Of a DNA stretch of 32,000 nucleotides, positions 31,140 through 32,000 are shown piece after piece. The position numbers were made by a program, and so were the translations under genes. Below the pieces are notes generated by a model. The model saw only the letters and a program-made list of their open reading frames with translations. It did no database searches and was not told the DNA's origin. The DNA lies in contig NZ_CM001976.1 in assembly GCF_000406145.1 (NCBI RefSeq), forward strand, positions 223,186 through 255,185, in the 5' to 3' direction. Position 1 is the stretch's first letter. Each line of letters starts with the position of its first letter. The stretch is from Dickeya dadantii NCPPB 898. Lineage in GTDB: Bacteria; Pseudomonadota; Gammaproteobacteria; Enterobacterales; Enterobacteriaceae.

Positions 31140-32000
31140 AAACCGTTCAGCGCCGCTACCCGGTAGGCTTCGGCCATGGTCGGGTAGTTGAATGTGGTGT
31201 TCACAAAGTATTCAATGGTATTGCCTTCGCCTTTCTGTTCCATGATGGCCTGGCCGATGTGAATGATTTCGGCCGCCCGTTCGCCAAAGCAGTGAATACC
31301 CAAAATCTGCTTGGTTTCGCGGTGGAACAGAATTTTCAGGCTACCGACGTTCATCCCGACAATCTGCGCCCGCGCCAGGTGTTTGAACTGAGCGCGACCC
31401 ACTTCATACGGCACTTTCATGGCGGTGAGTTCCTGCTCGGTTTTGCCGACGGAGCTGATCTCCGGGATAGTGTAAATGCCGGTGGGAATATCCTCGATCA
31501 GGTGCGCGGTGGCGTCGCCTTTAGTAATGGCCTGCGCCGCGATGCGGCCCTGATCATAGGCGGCCGACGCCAGGCTGGGGTAACCGATCACATCGCCCAC
31601 GGCGTAGATATGCGCCTGAGCGGTCTGGTACATGCTGTTAACCTTCAACTGGCCGCGGCTGTCCGTTTCCAGCCCGACATTTTCCAGCCCCAGCGTTTCG
31701 GTGTTGCCGGTGCGTCCGTTGGCGTAGAGCAGGCAATCCGCCTTCATCTTTTTGCCGGATTTCAGATGGATGATGACGCCGTCATCCAGACCTTCGATGT
31801 GTTCGAATTCCTCGTTATGACGAATCACCACGCCGCTGTTCCAGAAGTGATACGACAGGGCGTCGGACATTTCCTGATCGAGAAACGCCAGCAGACGATC
31901 GCGGGTATTGATCAGATCAACCTTCACGTTCAATCCGCGAAAGATCGACGCGTATTCGCAGCCGATCACCCCGGCGCCGTAAATGATCACGTGCTTGGGT
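31124..32000 (-). CDS. sthA: Soluble pyridine nucleotide transhydrogenase (partial; 5' end beyond the window)
   Basis: The C-terminal ~290 aa include [13 protein letters not shown] (NAD-binding GxGxxG) and end ...[10 protein letters not shown] as in E. coli SthA. The frame stays open to position 32000. It is convergent with oxyR as in E. coli. Confidence 0.93.
   Translation of the reverse strand, partial: PKHVIIYGAGVIGCEYASIFRGLNVKVDLINTRDRLLAFLDQEMSDALSYHFWNSGVVIRHNEEFEHIEGLDDGVIIHLKSGKKMKADCLLYANGRTGNTETLGLENVGLETDSRGQLKVNSMYQTAQAHIYAVGDVIGYPSLASAAYDQGRIAAQAITKGDATAHLIEDIPTGIYTIPEISSVGKTEQELTAMKVPYEVGRAQFKHLARAQIVGMNVGSLKILFHRETKQILGIHCFGERAAEIIHIGQAIMEQKGEGNTIEYFVNTTFNYPTMAEAYRVAALNGLNRLF

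Overview
This is a high-GC (roughly 55-58% by eye) enterobacterial core-chromosome segment. It is probably from a Dickeya-like member of the Pectobacteriaceae, which I infer only from gene content and similarity to remembered E. coli proteins. I can support 30 protein genes. Almost all are housekeeping genes in the E. coli K-12 order: fieF-pfkA ... tpiA-yiiQ-yiiR-fpr-glpX-glpK-glpF / zapB / rraA-menA-hslU-hslV-ftsN-cytR-priA / rpmE / metJ / metB-metL / metF. These are followed directly by a hybrid peroxiredoxin-glutaredoxin gene, oxyR and sthA. Non-core content is small. It consists of a NUDIX gene divergent from a membrane-anchored XRE-HTH/2TM regulator, an aguB-aguA (agmatine to putrescine) pair plus phoA where E. 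coli has sbp-cdh, and the Prx5-Grx gene where E. coli has oxyS. Regulatory sites readable by eye include a Cra box at pfkA, GlpR operators, MetJ boxes at metB and metF, a sigma32 promoter for hslVU, an OxyR operator and many intrinsic terminators. I saw no tRNA or rRNA genes, CRISPR arrays, IS elements, integrases or phage genes. I do not find a convincing undescribed multi-gene system. The second-look items are small: an OxyS-type promoter driving Prx-Grx, a compound tandem-repeat array between oxyR and sthA, a 17-bp tandem duplication carrying the menA start codon, phased 11-bp repeats upstream of the HTH-2TM gene, and a long GC-rich cytR-priA spacer. The long antisense ORFs in the track are mirror-frame artefacts.
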